Shown here: in pieces, positions 9,658-22,020 of the stretch | How positions within the stretch are numbered: the stretch's first letter is position 1 | Layout: each line of letters starts with the position of its first letter | NCBI GenBank assembly: GCA_001655205.1 | Contig: LPNZ01011431.1 | Location: forward strand, 1 to 42,485 | DNA length: 42,485 bases | Direction of reading: 5' to 3' | Source: Lenisia limosa | Taxonomy: Eukaryota > Protista > Breviatea | Notes under the pieces: generated by a model | What the model saw: the letters and a program-made list of their open reading frames with translations, nothing else | The model's database searches: none | Told to the model about the DNA's origin: nothing | Made by a program: the position numbers and the translations under genes

Positions 9658-12600
9658 TTACTTCTTTTTATTTGAGGCCTTTTTTTGCTGTTGGGGTTTT
9701 GCGGCTCGTTTCGGACCCTGAGAGGCTCCTGTCTGCTTCTTGTCCATGCCCTGGGGAGAATAAGCCGCAATAGATATACTCGTATGCCGATTATATAATG
9801 ATGTTGGGGTAGTCAGACGGATTCAGCCCCACCTTCACGTTCAAAATGGAAACAGTCCCTGTCAGCTGCATTAGAATCTCGTTCTCTGTCAAAATCTGCA
9901 AGCAGTCTGAAAGGTTAAACAATTAAATCAGAAGATTGTTATTTTTTTAAAAAAAAAACAATTGGAAAATCTTCTCACGCGTACCATTTTCGCCAGTGTA
10001 GCCGATTTTGTCTTTTTCAGCCTGTCTGAAGGCCAACTCCCGCAAGGTATGCGCAGCTGAAACGTAATCACTGAAACGCACTCGTTTGGTCTATAAATGG
10101 CATACACGTAGGCTTACCCTTTCCCTTCTTGAGAACTCCAGGCACAACCTTGAAGCGGTAGATAAATCCCTGCCGGATGAGAGGTGAGAAGATAGCAAAG
10201 GGTTCACGAGAAATAGGAATGTTGAAAGAGGTATAATTGTGTCCTAGTTGGGAAATACTATAGAAGGAACCCCTTTTATTCAGCTGGCTCACGTTTGAAG
10301 CGGTATAGGGGACCATCATGGGGAGGACAGCAACCACCTTGTCAGTAGACCTTGGTGTGAACGTCAAGAGGCGCAGTGGAGCCAAATTGATCTGTGTAAT
10401 ATAGGTAAACAGGATGAGTGTACACACCACCATGGATTTCAACTCTGTCACAAATATTGTTGACAGAATAGATTGGTAGAGGTGCAAAACTTAGGTGAGC
10501 AAACCTCATTAGAAAGAGGCAGTAATTCTCCTTCAGGCTTAATACTAAAGCGTCACAATATCATAACATTATTTATTCAAAAGAAAACACCCATATCCCT
10601 ATCATCAACCCACTCTTTGGCGTTTCGATACGGACAGTCTTTGCTCTAGAAAGTAAAAAAGAGGAGGGGGGGGGGGGGNNNNNNNNNNNNNNNNNNNNNN
10701 NNNNNNNNNNNNNNNNNNNNNNNNNNNNNNNNNNNNNNNNNNNNNNNNNNNNNNNNNNNNNNNNNNNNNNNACCATATGGCCCTTCTTGCCACACGAGAA
10801 GCAAGATATCGCGATTGGCTCTGTAGCGATCACTTCTCGAACTTCTACCTCCTCCGCACCAGGCCGCCTGGATGGGCAAGTCAGGTGTGGGAGTCAGCAA
10901 TAATTCGAATAATCTTGTTATTTGGAACAAGGAAATCCTCCGAAAATTACGTACCTCTTCTTCAAGGCGAGCTTCTCTTTATGTCTCTTGCGTCGCTCTT
11001 GGAGTGTCACCTTCGAGTTGCCACTCTACATAATTAGAATCGCCAACTTGCTTCATTTTAACCAGTTACAACTAGGCCCTTGGAACACGGGCCAACTGCG
11101 CCTACTCCAAACTACCAAGATCTCCTCTCACCTGCAAGACTGTCAAGACCTCCTCTCTTTCACTGTCGCTCTGGTCCTTGTATTTATTCTTGAGCTTCTT
11201 CTTCTTGCCCTTCTTGCCTGCACTTCGGTCAGAAAAAGCATATCGAAAACTATCGAAACGATTAGAATCCCACACCCCCGGCAGACCTCCCACACCCCTG
11301 GCAGACCTCGCATTTGCTGGACATTAGCAGCCTTTGATGACGTCATTGACAAGTCTGTCATCATCGAGTCCGTTTCAAATGTCTCGTCATCTGAACTGCT
11401 TGACACTTCACTGCGAGGGGGTAGTTAGAACTGTCAGCCTATCCCACCTGAAATTCTATTAAAGCAAGGTGGTAATTCAGAAATTGTCACAGATGCAGTT
11501 TGAAAATTGTTCTAAGACGCCTTCTTTGAAACGAATTACTTTTTTTGTTAATAACTACTCACTACTTCAGATTGAAAGACTTCAAGCTTTAGGGTAAATC
11601 ACGTTCAATATGCGCCATTCTTAGAGAAAATTGAACGAAAATCTGAGCCAATTTTCTGAATTACCACCCTACTTTAAAATTCCTAAACATCTGATCCATT
11701 CCCACTCTTCTTCCATTGGGGACTCCGGCGCGGTTTCTCCAATTTCAACTTCGGGCAGGCTCGGAGGCTCGAGGCCGGCTGAATCATCCTTTGTGGCATC
11801 AGCTTCCTCCTCCGCCACCGCAGTTTCATCCTCAACTGCAATGTCAGACGCGTGGGTTACAATAACGCCAAAAAGACACAGATCTGTCCCACTGCCCAAA
11901 TCCAAGATATCTGGGTTTCCTCAATAAAACTGGGGGCCCTGCCCATCACCCCACCCCACCATCAGCATCAGTTTTTTCGGGTCTGAAGTAGTTCTCTTCT
12001 CCCCACTCGTCACCCTAAAAAGATCAGAGCATAAGACAGCGATTCACCGCGAATGCTCATAAATGAGGTTATGTTGTAATAAAACAGATTCTGAACATAG
12101 TGTACTCCATTATTAAGTTGAGGCAAGGAAGAAAATACCATAGGCTTGCGCTCATTTGCATGTGCTGCCACGCTCTGTTGTTCCAGAACAAAGAGAAGCC
12201 CGAAAGCAGCCACTAGCGGAGGTGACGGCAGGGGTATTTTTTGCCCCTAAATGCTGTCACGAGTGGTATGGTGAAATGAAAAGATTAAAACTGGCCGAAG
12301 TCGTCCTTGCCAATCTGTTAAGAAAGATACTAAAGATGTCAGGGGTGAGTGAGCAATTGGAAATCATCTAACTCAAACCTTAACAGAGAAGTTTCCTAAA
12401 GCGGCTTTCTTGACACCACTTCTTCCAAGACGAACAACCTATGTGTAAGCAGGCAGCGTTTTTCAAACATAGTATTTGATAGGCAAAAAAAAAACATATC
12501 CGAAGAGAATCTATTATTATGTCAGCATTTGATATGACACATATTTCGGAATATGTTGAGCTTAAAGTAGTCGTGTGTACCATTTATGATATGATGATAT

Positions 12601-15600
12601 AATGCAAATCAATCCTCCCCACCTGAGACGCGTTGACATACCACGGCTCGGTGCTAATCTATGGCAATCAGAGGGAAACGCTTCAACACTCTTTATCATT
12701 TTCACTCCCAATAAGAAGCAACCATGAAGCCGTATGCCCACCTTTTCCTTCCAGGCCACTGAACGGAACACGGCGGCAGCTGCAGCTTCCTCCAAAGTCC
12801 GGCGCGGGATTGCTGCCGGGGTTAGGTTGGCCTTCACTTGACATGATAAAAACACCCACAGCCTCTCCTTAGTCCCAAAAAGACAAATCCGATGATAGAT
12901 CCTCGCTGAATTGCTATCAGTCTCAAGCAAACGCACTTGAATACCATAGCCATTACCCCACCAACGCATTCCTTTACGGTTGTTCTTAATGACCATTGAA
13001 TAGGGTTTTGCGGTACCGGAGCAGACATAGACGTCCCCAGCATCAACGTCCATATAACGTTGGACCAGAAGCTACATGGTTGGAAAGAAAGCAAAGCAAA
13101 GGAAAATGAGACAGCAATATGAAGAGAAATAAAACTTGTTACGCCGAATCTGTTCACATGACACATGTGAAAGGAAACAGGCGATTTAATACTGAACAAG
13201 CCAATCACAGTGATAAAAGGTAGTATGTGTGGGGAAAGAGCATGATTATAACACAAAACAAGCAAAAGCCCACATCGCTCTGCATTGAATCCTTGCCTCC
13301 CAGAATGAGATAATTGTCCGAAGACACCACATAGTTGAATCGCTCGAACCTGTGTGGTGTAAGATGTGGAAGGAAGGGTGACTAAGGCTGGTTCCCAATT
13401 TACCAAAACAGTTTTCTTGCCTCTCTGAAAACGGGTCGTTTGTTCATCTGAAAGACAGTTAAAGATAATTGCAACAGACGCTCATGGCTGTATAATATTT
13501 AAAGAACATCTCCAACCTCGGCCAGCTTCTTATTAGTTTTCTTTTCGGCCTGGGCCATGACCTCTTTGGCCGCCTTCTCACTGATTTCCTAAAGATCCAT
13601 GATCACTGGTCACATCAAGGGAATCAAATATGGTCCCAAGTAAGAAGCGCAAATCACACCCCATTATACCCTTTTTCTTGTGGCCTCGCGTGAGGCGTCG
13701 AAATGCATGCGTGCGTTTGCTTGTGCGCTGAGTCTCAGGTCAACCTAAAGATGTGATCACCGTGGTGGGTCACGTGATTTGATTGATTAACTTCATGCAG
13801 TACACCAACTATTGACCAAAGCAAATTGTCCACAGAAAGTATGTGGCTTTAATCCCTTAATCCTCAAGAATGTCTGCAAACCTCCACCAAAGTGGTCTTT
13901 GAAGACCCAGTATCCTTGTGGTTTAGCTTAGCCTTGGGGTTGGCCTTCATTACAACTGCAAAGTAAACAAAGGCGAGGCGACAACAGCGTCAAGACCCCA
14001 ACTGACCTGGTTCCTCAGACTCCTCTGAGTCTATGTTGTCTATCTCACTACTATCCTGGTAGTATGAGAACTGAGTACAGCTGTTGTTGCAGAGAACTAT
14101 CCAATTCCACTGAATTAATGCACAAACATAACAACACGATCCCCCGACCTCATCTTGTGCAGCTTTCTCATCTACCTCTTCTTCCCTCTCCAAATCCTCA
14201 TCACCCTCAGATTCTGAGTCATAATTCGGGTCTGTCAGTGCTACTGTCACCTGATGAAATAAGCAAATGGCTTCACTTTCAGATTAGGATGAAAGAAAGG
14301 TATCCCCACCATGTTCTTTTTGAAGTTTACACTGGCAATTGTTTCGCCCAAGAGATCGCCTTGGTCACGTGACTCTTTGAGGGCTTCTTCGATGTGCTTC
14401 CATTGCATGCCTCTTTTCAATGCTCTACATCATAAAATTCAGCACAGTTTCCCTCAAGCAAATAGAACACGCCATTTTATGAAGAATAACTCTCCTTAAA
14501 ACCCAGTGTTCTCACAGTGTGTCAGATTCCCCTTGTACCCCTCTCACGCTGCTACTGCCTTGTACCCCTCTCACGCTGCTACTGTCTTAATGCAGCGTTC
14601 AACGAGCTCAGCGTTACCGAACACCAATTCTCCTACATCGTGTTAACAGACCAAGCATGCCACTATGATCAATTTGTATCAGCAGCTCCTACCTTTCCTT
14701 AGTTCATCAGAGATAGCTCTCTCCAACTTCTCCACTGCCATCCTTTGATGATCTTTGACCTAAACCGCTTTAATTCTGAAATGAGTTGAAAAACGACAGT
14801 GGAAACGGGTCGATTTTTACCAATCAATTTGTTCAGCTTTTGGTCAACTTGCTTCGTACAGAACCTCTTTTTGTTATTATTATACAATAATAATGCTCCT
14901 TTCAATCTGATAAAAAAAAAACCTTGTTTTACAATTGCCATAGATATTGTTCACTTACCTTATTGAGCTTGTTTGTGACTTGGCTGGTTTCCTGGAGGAT
15001 CTTCTTATCAGCACTTTCCCTTTCAATTCGACTGAAATGAATGTCGATGGCAGTGTCAAACTGGGTGATAAGTTGAGAAGCTCTTGAAACAGAAAGCTAG
15101 AAAAGCTTGGAAAGAAATGAAATCGAAGAACTCACATGGGGAACAGTGATGACGTTGTCTTGGGGCGACTGTGATGGAGCAAATGGAAGGGCCTTGATTG
15201 TGTGAGTAATTGAATTGGTCGGTTTCTAATGGGACGAACTTAAGTTGCAAGATATCCCTCTCACCGCGTCGAGTAATGCGTTGTTCAAAATGGCTTCAGC
15301 CTCATCAGCAGCCAACCCTGCGGTGGAACACGTTTCTTCACCTATGAGTTAAGGATAATGTGAACTCATATAATGTAACAGTTCAGCGCCAGAATTGTCA
15401 TCCCCAAACTGCTTTCCTCCTTGGTCTCATTGAAGAGTCTCCGAGCTAGGATGCTGTCCACAGCTGCCTGCAGTTTGTCGTGCCCTGGATCTACACTGTC
15501 AAATGGGTCTCTCAGAAGACTGTATCCAAGGATGCACTGGTACCAAAAATATGAAACTCAATACAAGAACTGAAAACAAAATAAAATGATAAAGGGAATG

Positions 15601-17369
15601 CAGACCACTTTCCTCTTACATTCTATTTCTCCCTTGGTTTTGAATATTAGGAAACCCTAAAACGATGATATTTTAGGGATATTTGATTGGGTTACATACT
15701 AGATGTAAATTCGGTATATTGGTTCAAAATTGAGCTGTATTCACTCACCTTGGGAGCCTCAACATTTCCAACATTTTGCAACCATTGATCGACAATGGCA
15801 AATGAGGATAGTAGCGACTTGAATTTATCAGTACCTAGGGGTATAAGAGGGGGGGGGGGTTGAAGAAGGGNNNNNNNNNNNNNNNNNNNNNNNNNNNNNN
15901 NNNNNNNNNNNNNNNNNNNNNNNNNNNNNNNNNNNNNNNNNNNNNNNNNNNNNNNNNNNNNNNNNNCTGGTGGTCCTCGCGTTTTGACGGGTGGTTTGGC
16001 TTGACCCCGGCATTGACAATGCAGTGTTCAGTCAGCTCTGGTCCATAGTCTGTTGGGTCATCATGGCAGACCAGATCATATCACTTCAATGTAATATAAT
16101 AATCGAAATTTATTCGAAAAGGAACAACTCACCAAAAGCACGAAGAAGAGAGTTTTTGATGGAGTCCTTTTTGCCCTTCGCTATGCCTGTGATTGCTTTT
16201 GCAATTTGATCGTCGTCAGAGAACTGGAAAGGACGTGCAAGCGTTGTATCATAGAACCCATGGAGCTGCAAGGATAAGTATCTGCACATATTTGGATATT
16301 TGGGGAGTATCATTACAATCGGCCCACTTGAAGGGTAATGTTCTTGTTGTGTCGCCATGTTCTCAACAGGGCCAAAATCGTAAACTGCGCATCACAAAGT
16401 ACAATGTTACCCTATAGTGTAATAATAAGGATTCATTTTGTTTTTAAAAGACGGAAATTTCCGATGCGTATCTGAATGTAAGTTGACGATTAATGAAACA
16501 GTGGTGAACCCTCACATACACCAGCGTAGAACTCGAGGATCAAATGATGTGCATGCTCCGCCAGACCAAAAGTCAGTAAAATAACGCGATCTCCTCCCTA
16601 ACAATATGAAGAAGACTGTCAGCAATGGATCCAGTGATTTGTAACAATTGTCTTTGTTCCCAACCAGTTGTCGGATATCGTTGAGGCGTGTGTTTCTCAG
16701 ATGCTTGCGTAACTAAATGGTGAAGAGCATATCGTATGATATGTTATATTAGCGTGTAAATAAAGGTCACATTAGGGGTCTCACTATGGAACACTCCGAA
16801 TTGCCTCCTTTAATATTGAATAAGAGGTATGCATAACTACACAGGAAAAGGGCCAACCTTCATGCAAAGCCCTGAGTGGCCATCGGTTTTGGACCAGGCG
16901 TAATCTGTAGTATGGATACGAACTCCACTTTCAACCAGAAGCTGCTTTCTGACTCCTGTCTTCCCAAGCTAATTAATTAGCACTGTTTCTTGAATTTATC
17001 CATCACAAGCCCAAATAACAAGCTAGAAAAAAGCCACTAACCTTGAGCAAGAAGGTCTTGGAGTCGACATCGTAAATATTGGCGAGACGTGTTCCTGCGT
17101 GTCAGTTCGAATCGAAACAAAAATAACACAATTAAATTTATAAAATAGTCACCCAAGAAACTTGCTGTCATTCTCTACAACACAACAATTCAAGCGATAA
17201 ATACTATAGCCTTCACCAACCAATAAGAGCCTCACGAAGACTTGGCACGAGGCATCTGAAGGGTTGAGAAGGGTCAGAGAAATAACAAACTCTGAACAAA
17301 AGAAAAAAAAAATTTTATTAAAAACCTGTAGCCAAACCTGATATCAGCAGAGGAAAGCCTCAGCTTCAT
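9658..17369 (-). CDS. NEMF: Ribosome quality control complex subunit NEMF/Rqc2 (Tae2), more than 20 exons
   Basis: MKLRLSSADIR-CLVPSLREALIG-TRLANIYDVDSKTFLLK; LLVESGVRIHTT; LRKHLRNTRLNDIRQL-GGDRVILLTF..HLILEFYAG-GNIVLCD; VDLRLSAQANAR; EARKLFW-FERFNYVVSSDNYLILGGKD; KYKDQSDSERE; C-terminal LLTFTPRSTDKVVAVLPMMVPY..YRFKVVPGVLKKGK; stop TAA 9658-60. Order matches NFACT-N, coiled coil, NFACT-R, NFACT-C. Confidence 0.95.
14531..14584. repeat. Exact 27-bp tandem duplication spanning a NEMF splice donor
   Basis: ccttgtacccctctcacgctgctactg twice (14531-57, 14558-84). Confidence 0.95.
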
Positions 17370-17695
17370 GATGGACTGTTAACAACAGAGGCGGAAGGCG
17401 GGGTGAAACTATTTTCCTCTGCGACAACGTTTTTATAGTTACTACTAGACAAAAATATACAATGCTGACGGCTAGCAACAGTGAAAGGCCTTTTCTCATT
17501 TCAAGTTTTTTTTATATATTTATACTGGTACCCCGGCACCCTGTTACTATAAAAATGAACTTTTTTTTTTTACAAGATTCTCGAAAGAAAGCTGCCTGCG
17601 AGGAGCTTACGACACTACTCTGCTCCAACTTTGAAAGAGCTTCCTGAAAATTGACCCAGGACATGGTCGGACAATTTATTTGACTGCATTACACA

Positions 17696-18109
17696 ATGGA
17701 CGCGCTTAGCATCTCTACAGACAATACTGCTTTCTTACTGAGCTCATTTCCCGCACGAACATCGTCACCTACCGCATTTGATCCTTCAAGCAACACCAAC
17801 CTCACGTTTTCTCAATACTTCCGCGTATCTACGCTTAAAAATGCATCTATGGAAGTTGCTGCCAAAGAACCATTGACCGACTTTTCCAGATCACCTACCC
17901 CTCCGCCAACATTTCCTCATCCAGACACTGTATGCTCCCCTTCAGCCAAAGCTCCGATTCCAAGGGCCTTTACAGAAGAAGAGCACGCTTTCCCAAAGAA
18001 CCATGGAATGGACGAGTGGTCTTACGTAGGTGTTGATGTTTTCGGCAGCTATGCGTCGTCTCCAAGAACGATTGAAAAAGTTCCGTCGCATCCTTTCATG
18101 GAAGAGTGA
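17696..18109 (+). CDS. Hypothetical Ser/Pro/Thr-rich protein (possibly with upstream exons from 17462)
   Basis: 137-aa open frame between NEMF and MsrB; no recognisable domain. Confidence 0.35.
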   Translation: MDALSISTDNTAFLLSSFPARTSSPTAFDPSSNTNLTFSQYFRVSTLKNASMEVAAKEPLTDFSRSPTPPPTFPHPDTVCSPSAKAPIPRAFTEEEHAFPKNHGMDEWSYVGVDVFGSYASSPRTIEKVPSHPFMEE

Positions 18110-18747
18110 CTCTCCCCATTTTTGTTTTTTCTTAAGGTGAGTAACTGGTTCTCCAGACCTCTTTTTCTTCTTTTTTGTAATGAAATGGGAAAAGAGTATG
18201 ATTTTTTGACTTTTTGCATGCGTTGTTCTTCTGGTCTTCTCGATCATGAAAACAAATGCGTTCCTTTATTTCTGATAATTCTCACTAATTCTGTTTTACT
18301 CACGTTTTATTTGTGTTGGTTGTCATGGTGGAGCTTTTGTTCTGGTGACCTGTTTTCCTAAAATTCATAATGTTTTTGTTTTTTTCGCACAAACAAATTC
18401 CAAATTCCAGCTATAATATGGATGATGAGGCTCTTTCCTATTCATTTGTTTCCATACAAATTATTCCTAAATTCAGCTATTCCCAATCTTATGCTTTAGG
18501 TCTATCGGTCTAAGTTTCTTGCTATTTCTTTCCTATTTAAGTTTTTCTTCTCATTTTAGTCATGTTTATATATTTCATTTAATTTATTGAATATGGTTTC
18601 ATCAAGCATGGGATATGTTCAGGGTTTCTATTAGGTGGTGACGTTTTACCTTGTTCTCCAACATTTCCAAGTTACGCATATCAGAAACAGGAAACATTAA
18701 ATAAATGAAAAGGAAACAAATTACAGATAGTGGAAACTTGCTGATGA

Positions 18748-19860
18748 CTACTCCTTTTTGAAGTTGAGGGATGCGCTATTGATACAGAACCTTGGGGGGA
18801 AAGTGCCGTCAGCTTGCTTAGGTCCGTTATTCTGGGGGTAAAACACATAATTTGGGTCTCTCCATCCCCTGTCTCAGACAACTACAACAAAAAGATATGC
18901 CAATACGGAAAAACTCTGCAGTAACACTAGAATACTATGGGGGTGGGTGTCCACTCACTTCAAACACATGACCTTGATGAGCTTTGCAGGCCTAGATGAG
19001 ATAAGCAAAAGGAAAGTAGGAAACACTTGAAATATGGAAATATACGAGAATACAAACTGCATCTGCATCCAACCCACTGCACAGACAACTTCAGTCCGCA
19101 CCATGCCTGAATCGTAAAACAATCAAACTACTATCCAAATGAAATACAATACAATAATAATAATAATAAAACCAAGAATGGTCAAAACATCTGCATTTAC
19201 TTCCAAATTATCCCAGCCTTTCCATTCCCAGACCAATACACTACATATGAAGCTATCATACTCTGCCTATTGAGGATTGGTAGTACAACTGTATTGATTT
19301 GAAATCCTCTCCATCCCACCATGTGAATTATCCCGATTCAGTATGACATGCTCATCATTGACCGGAGCAGTGAACGAGGGCCACCCGCTACCACTGTCAA
19401 ACTTCGTGTCGGAACTAGGCAGTTAAGGGTCAACACACCAAGTTGGTCTTGTGAAACTACTTCGTTTTTATTCCCACAACCTGAACAAAGGAAGTCCGCA
19501 AACGACACAGTTATAAACACCAGCCTCCTTGTTTTTGTAGTATTTACCAGTGAACGCTTGTTCGGTCCCCTTGAGTGTCAGAACGGTGGCCCACATTTCT
19601 CAAAATTATAACTCCCTAAGAACCTTATTCTGAGTTACATGACGCTGCATTTCACTCAATCCGGCAAGTACTGCGGGAGTGGGGGTCACTATTGCGGTAA
19701 ATTGTAAGTACGCGTATTCATATCACTTAGTTGCCAAAAAGGGAGACAAGACGCATGTTTATTACACCCTGATAATGATTCAACGTCAATATTTAGCCAC
19801 ATGTGCGTCCAATTACAACATTGTTACACCAGACCCACCTTTTGGAACAGAAGACGCCAT
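18748..19860 (-). CDS. MSRB: Peptide methionine sulfoxide reductase B (Zn-binding, Cys type)
   Basis: Spliced: [115 protein letters not shown]. An upstream extension (..LFPTVSRAFVR) is possible. Confidence 0.92.
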
Positions 19861-20566
19861 TCTCACAAAAGCTCTTGAAACCGTAGGGAAAAGCTTGTAA
19901 ATCGTGAACTGTGGAGTGTAAACCGAAATACTATTTTAATCGCATTTAAACTCAAAATAAATGTTGGGACAACCACGGGACAACTGTTGGAAAGGAAGAA
20001 GAGAGGAAAAGCTGGAGGGAAGTTCCAAAAGCAGAAATCCCGTGGGCCCAAAAATCGCAATATCACGAAATCACAAATGGGGAAGTGTAGCCGAAATGCA
20101 TTGAGAGTCTTGATGACGAGAAAAGAGCACATCCATCATACAACATAACCTCTATCTAACCTTAGTGGAGCACGTCAGAAGCAGAGGGGCTACAGAGGGG
20201 AGAGGGGCGTGTCGTTTCCGTTGTTTCCTCGTCAACTAGAGTTCTCCACCGGTTTCTTTGTTGTTTGTTTTCCGCTCTCTCTGTGTCTCTGTGTTCCAAC
20301 ACCAGCCAGTTATTGGATCGCGCTCGTCGTACGTCGTAAATTTTTTTTTGGGTAAGATTTTTATCCGAGCCAAAATGCCGAAATACCAGGTTCATTCACC
20401 AAACCACCAAACACCACTGACTATCTGACTACACCTGCAAAATACTGACAAAAAACTGAATGATGGAACTGAGTTGGAACGGATGAATTTTTGAATTTTG
20501 TAGAAAAGCTAAGGGAAAGACAAAAAGGGAGTGCATAACATTAATACTTCGGCAAAACTTAAACAA

Positions 20567-22020
20567 CTAGCACAGGGAATGGAAAGACGCTGTTGGTGGA
20601 GACGTTCCAACACAGTTATCACCATCCTTGCAGTTGAAAGAAATAACAGGATCTGGTAACGTCTGGGTCTGATCACACGATTGCAATGGAACATGTGCAC
20701 AGCATAACAACAACTTCGGTACCTTGTGGTAATATCCCTCTTACACTCGGAAGAGTAGCATCACATGTCGAAAGGGAATTGTAGCGTTCCAATACCTCGT
20801 CTGCTGTCATCATGTGTTCATACACATTGAGCTGAGCAAGGTCAATGAGAAACAAGACCAATCTAAGAAGCTCAATACTTGTCAATGATAAAATAAATCC
20901 CCTACAAACCAAGCCGTACTGAGTGCCTGATGTCGGAGAATAAGTGACTGAATCAGCAGATGATAAGCTTGTAATATCGTAAACATTGGAAAGTAACTGC
21001 GGGGGAGGGGGAGGGGTCAGGAAAGTTGGCAACAAGCCACATCAGACCTTCAATGATATGCCCAAAACGAAACAAAATTCCACGCACCACTGAGCCTCCA
21101 ATAAGTGTGGCTGAGTGTTCTCCGGGGCCGTAGTTGATTACACCATTCACAAACAAGGTTCTCATGCTACCGTCAAAGGTGTACACCACGTGTTGCCATT
21201 CTCCTGTGTGTCAGTTGTTCACCCGTCAATGTATATAGTATAAAGCAATGAGAAATAAAAAAATAAGGTTGCATCTGGCCGAAGTCGTCCACACCATCAC
21301 TCTTACAATAGATATTGGATTATAGTGTAATATTAATTCACCCAATCATTTGCCTTACAACTCTGTGCACACAGCTTTCTGCGTGCCTCCCCAGCATATG
21401 CTATAATATACATAGTATACATAGTATACATTGTAAATACTATATACGCACCGAAAGAAAGACTAATTAATCATGTTACTCGATACACCTCAGTTTTTAG
21501 GATCAGGAAGTCTTCGATAAAGGAAGGGAAAGCCAAAAGAAGCAAGATCTCACCGGTAGTAGGCGAAGAACCCCCAGCTGCGATGTGATTGCCATACGCC
21601 TTCACGTTGATCATACCATTACCCTAAATGGCTGTAAAAGCCGTTACACCTGAATCAATTTCAAATGTACTGCATATAACTACTGGTTTCACCACCTATT
21701 TGCCTTAACAAATAGTGACCCCCTCAAACGCTTGAATAGAACATATTGAGGATGTCGGGTTGTGCGTTATTGCCCACCGACACCAAAACGGTGTGTCGCG
21801 CTGACGACCATTGCGCAAAGTCCACAGGTTTGATGTAAATCTGTAGACCATCACCGAAAATGGGTCAATAAACGATAACAGCAAAATCCACTTTGCAAAC
21901 TTAAAAAGTGAAAACAAAATGGCACCATCTGAAAACCAACATCCGCACCTCAACAGAATAAGCGCCGGTTGGCCATGTGACGAGTTGAGAAGAGGGTGCT
22001 CCACCTGCTCCAGTTTCGCC
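20567..22020 (-). CDS. LamG-like jellyroll (concanavalin A-like) domain protein, multi-exon; 5' end probably further upstream (to about 22900)
   Basis: ..GSSPTTG-EWQHVVYTFDGSMRTLFVNGVINY.. and LAQLNVYEHMMTADEVLERYNS match the W-x-HV-x-x-T-x-DG..VNG and 'Y..L..dEV' LamG_3 pattern; Cys-rich flanks. Confidence 0.6.
21265..21398 (-). repeat. Dispersed intronic element, copy A (candidate ncRNA or MITE)
   Basis: Shares three blocks (9, 21 and 36 nt) with 32367-32459; lies inside the intron between the ..TTG and EWQHV exons. Confidence 0.75.

Noticed and set aside
12562-13406. Long ORFs 12562-13053 and 12834-13406 as separate genes
   Set aside because: They are read-throughs of NEMF exons and introns.
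19679-19900. Plus-strand ORF with a DPPFG motif suggesting an N6-adenine methyltransferase
   Set aside because: It is the antisense of the MsrB 5' exons and introns; no supporting MTase fold.
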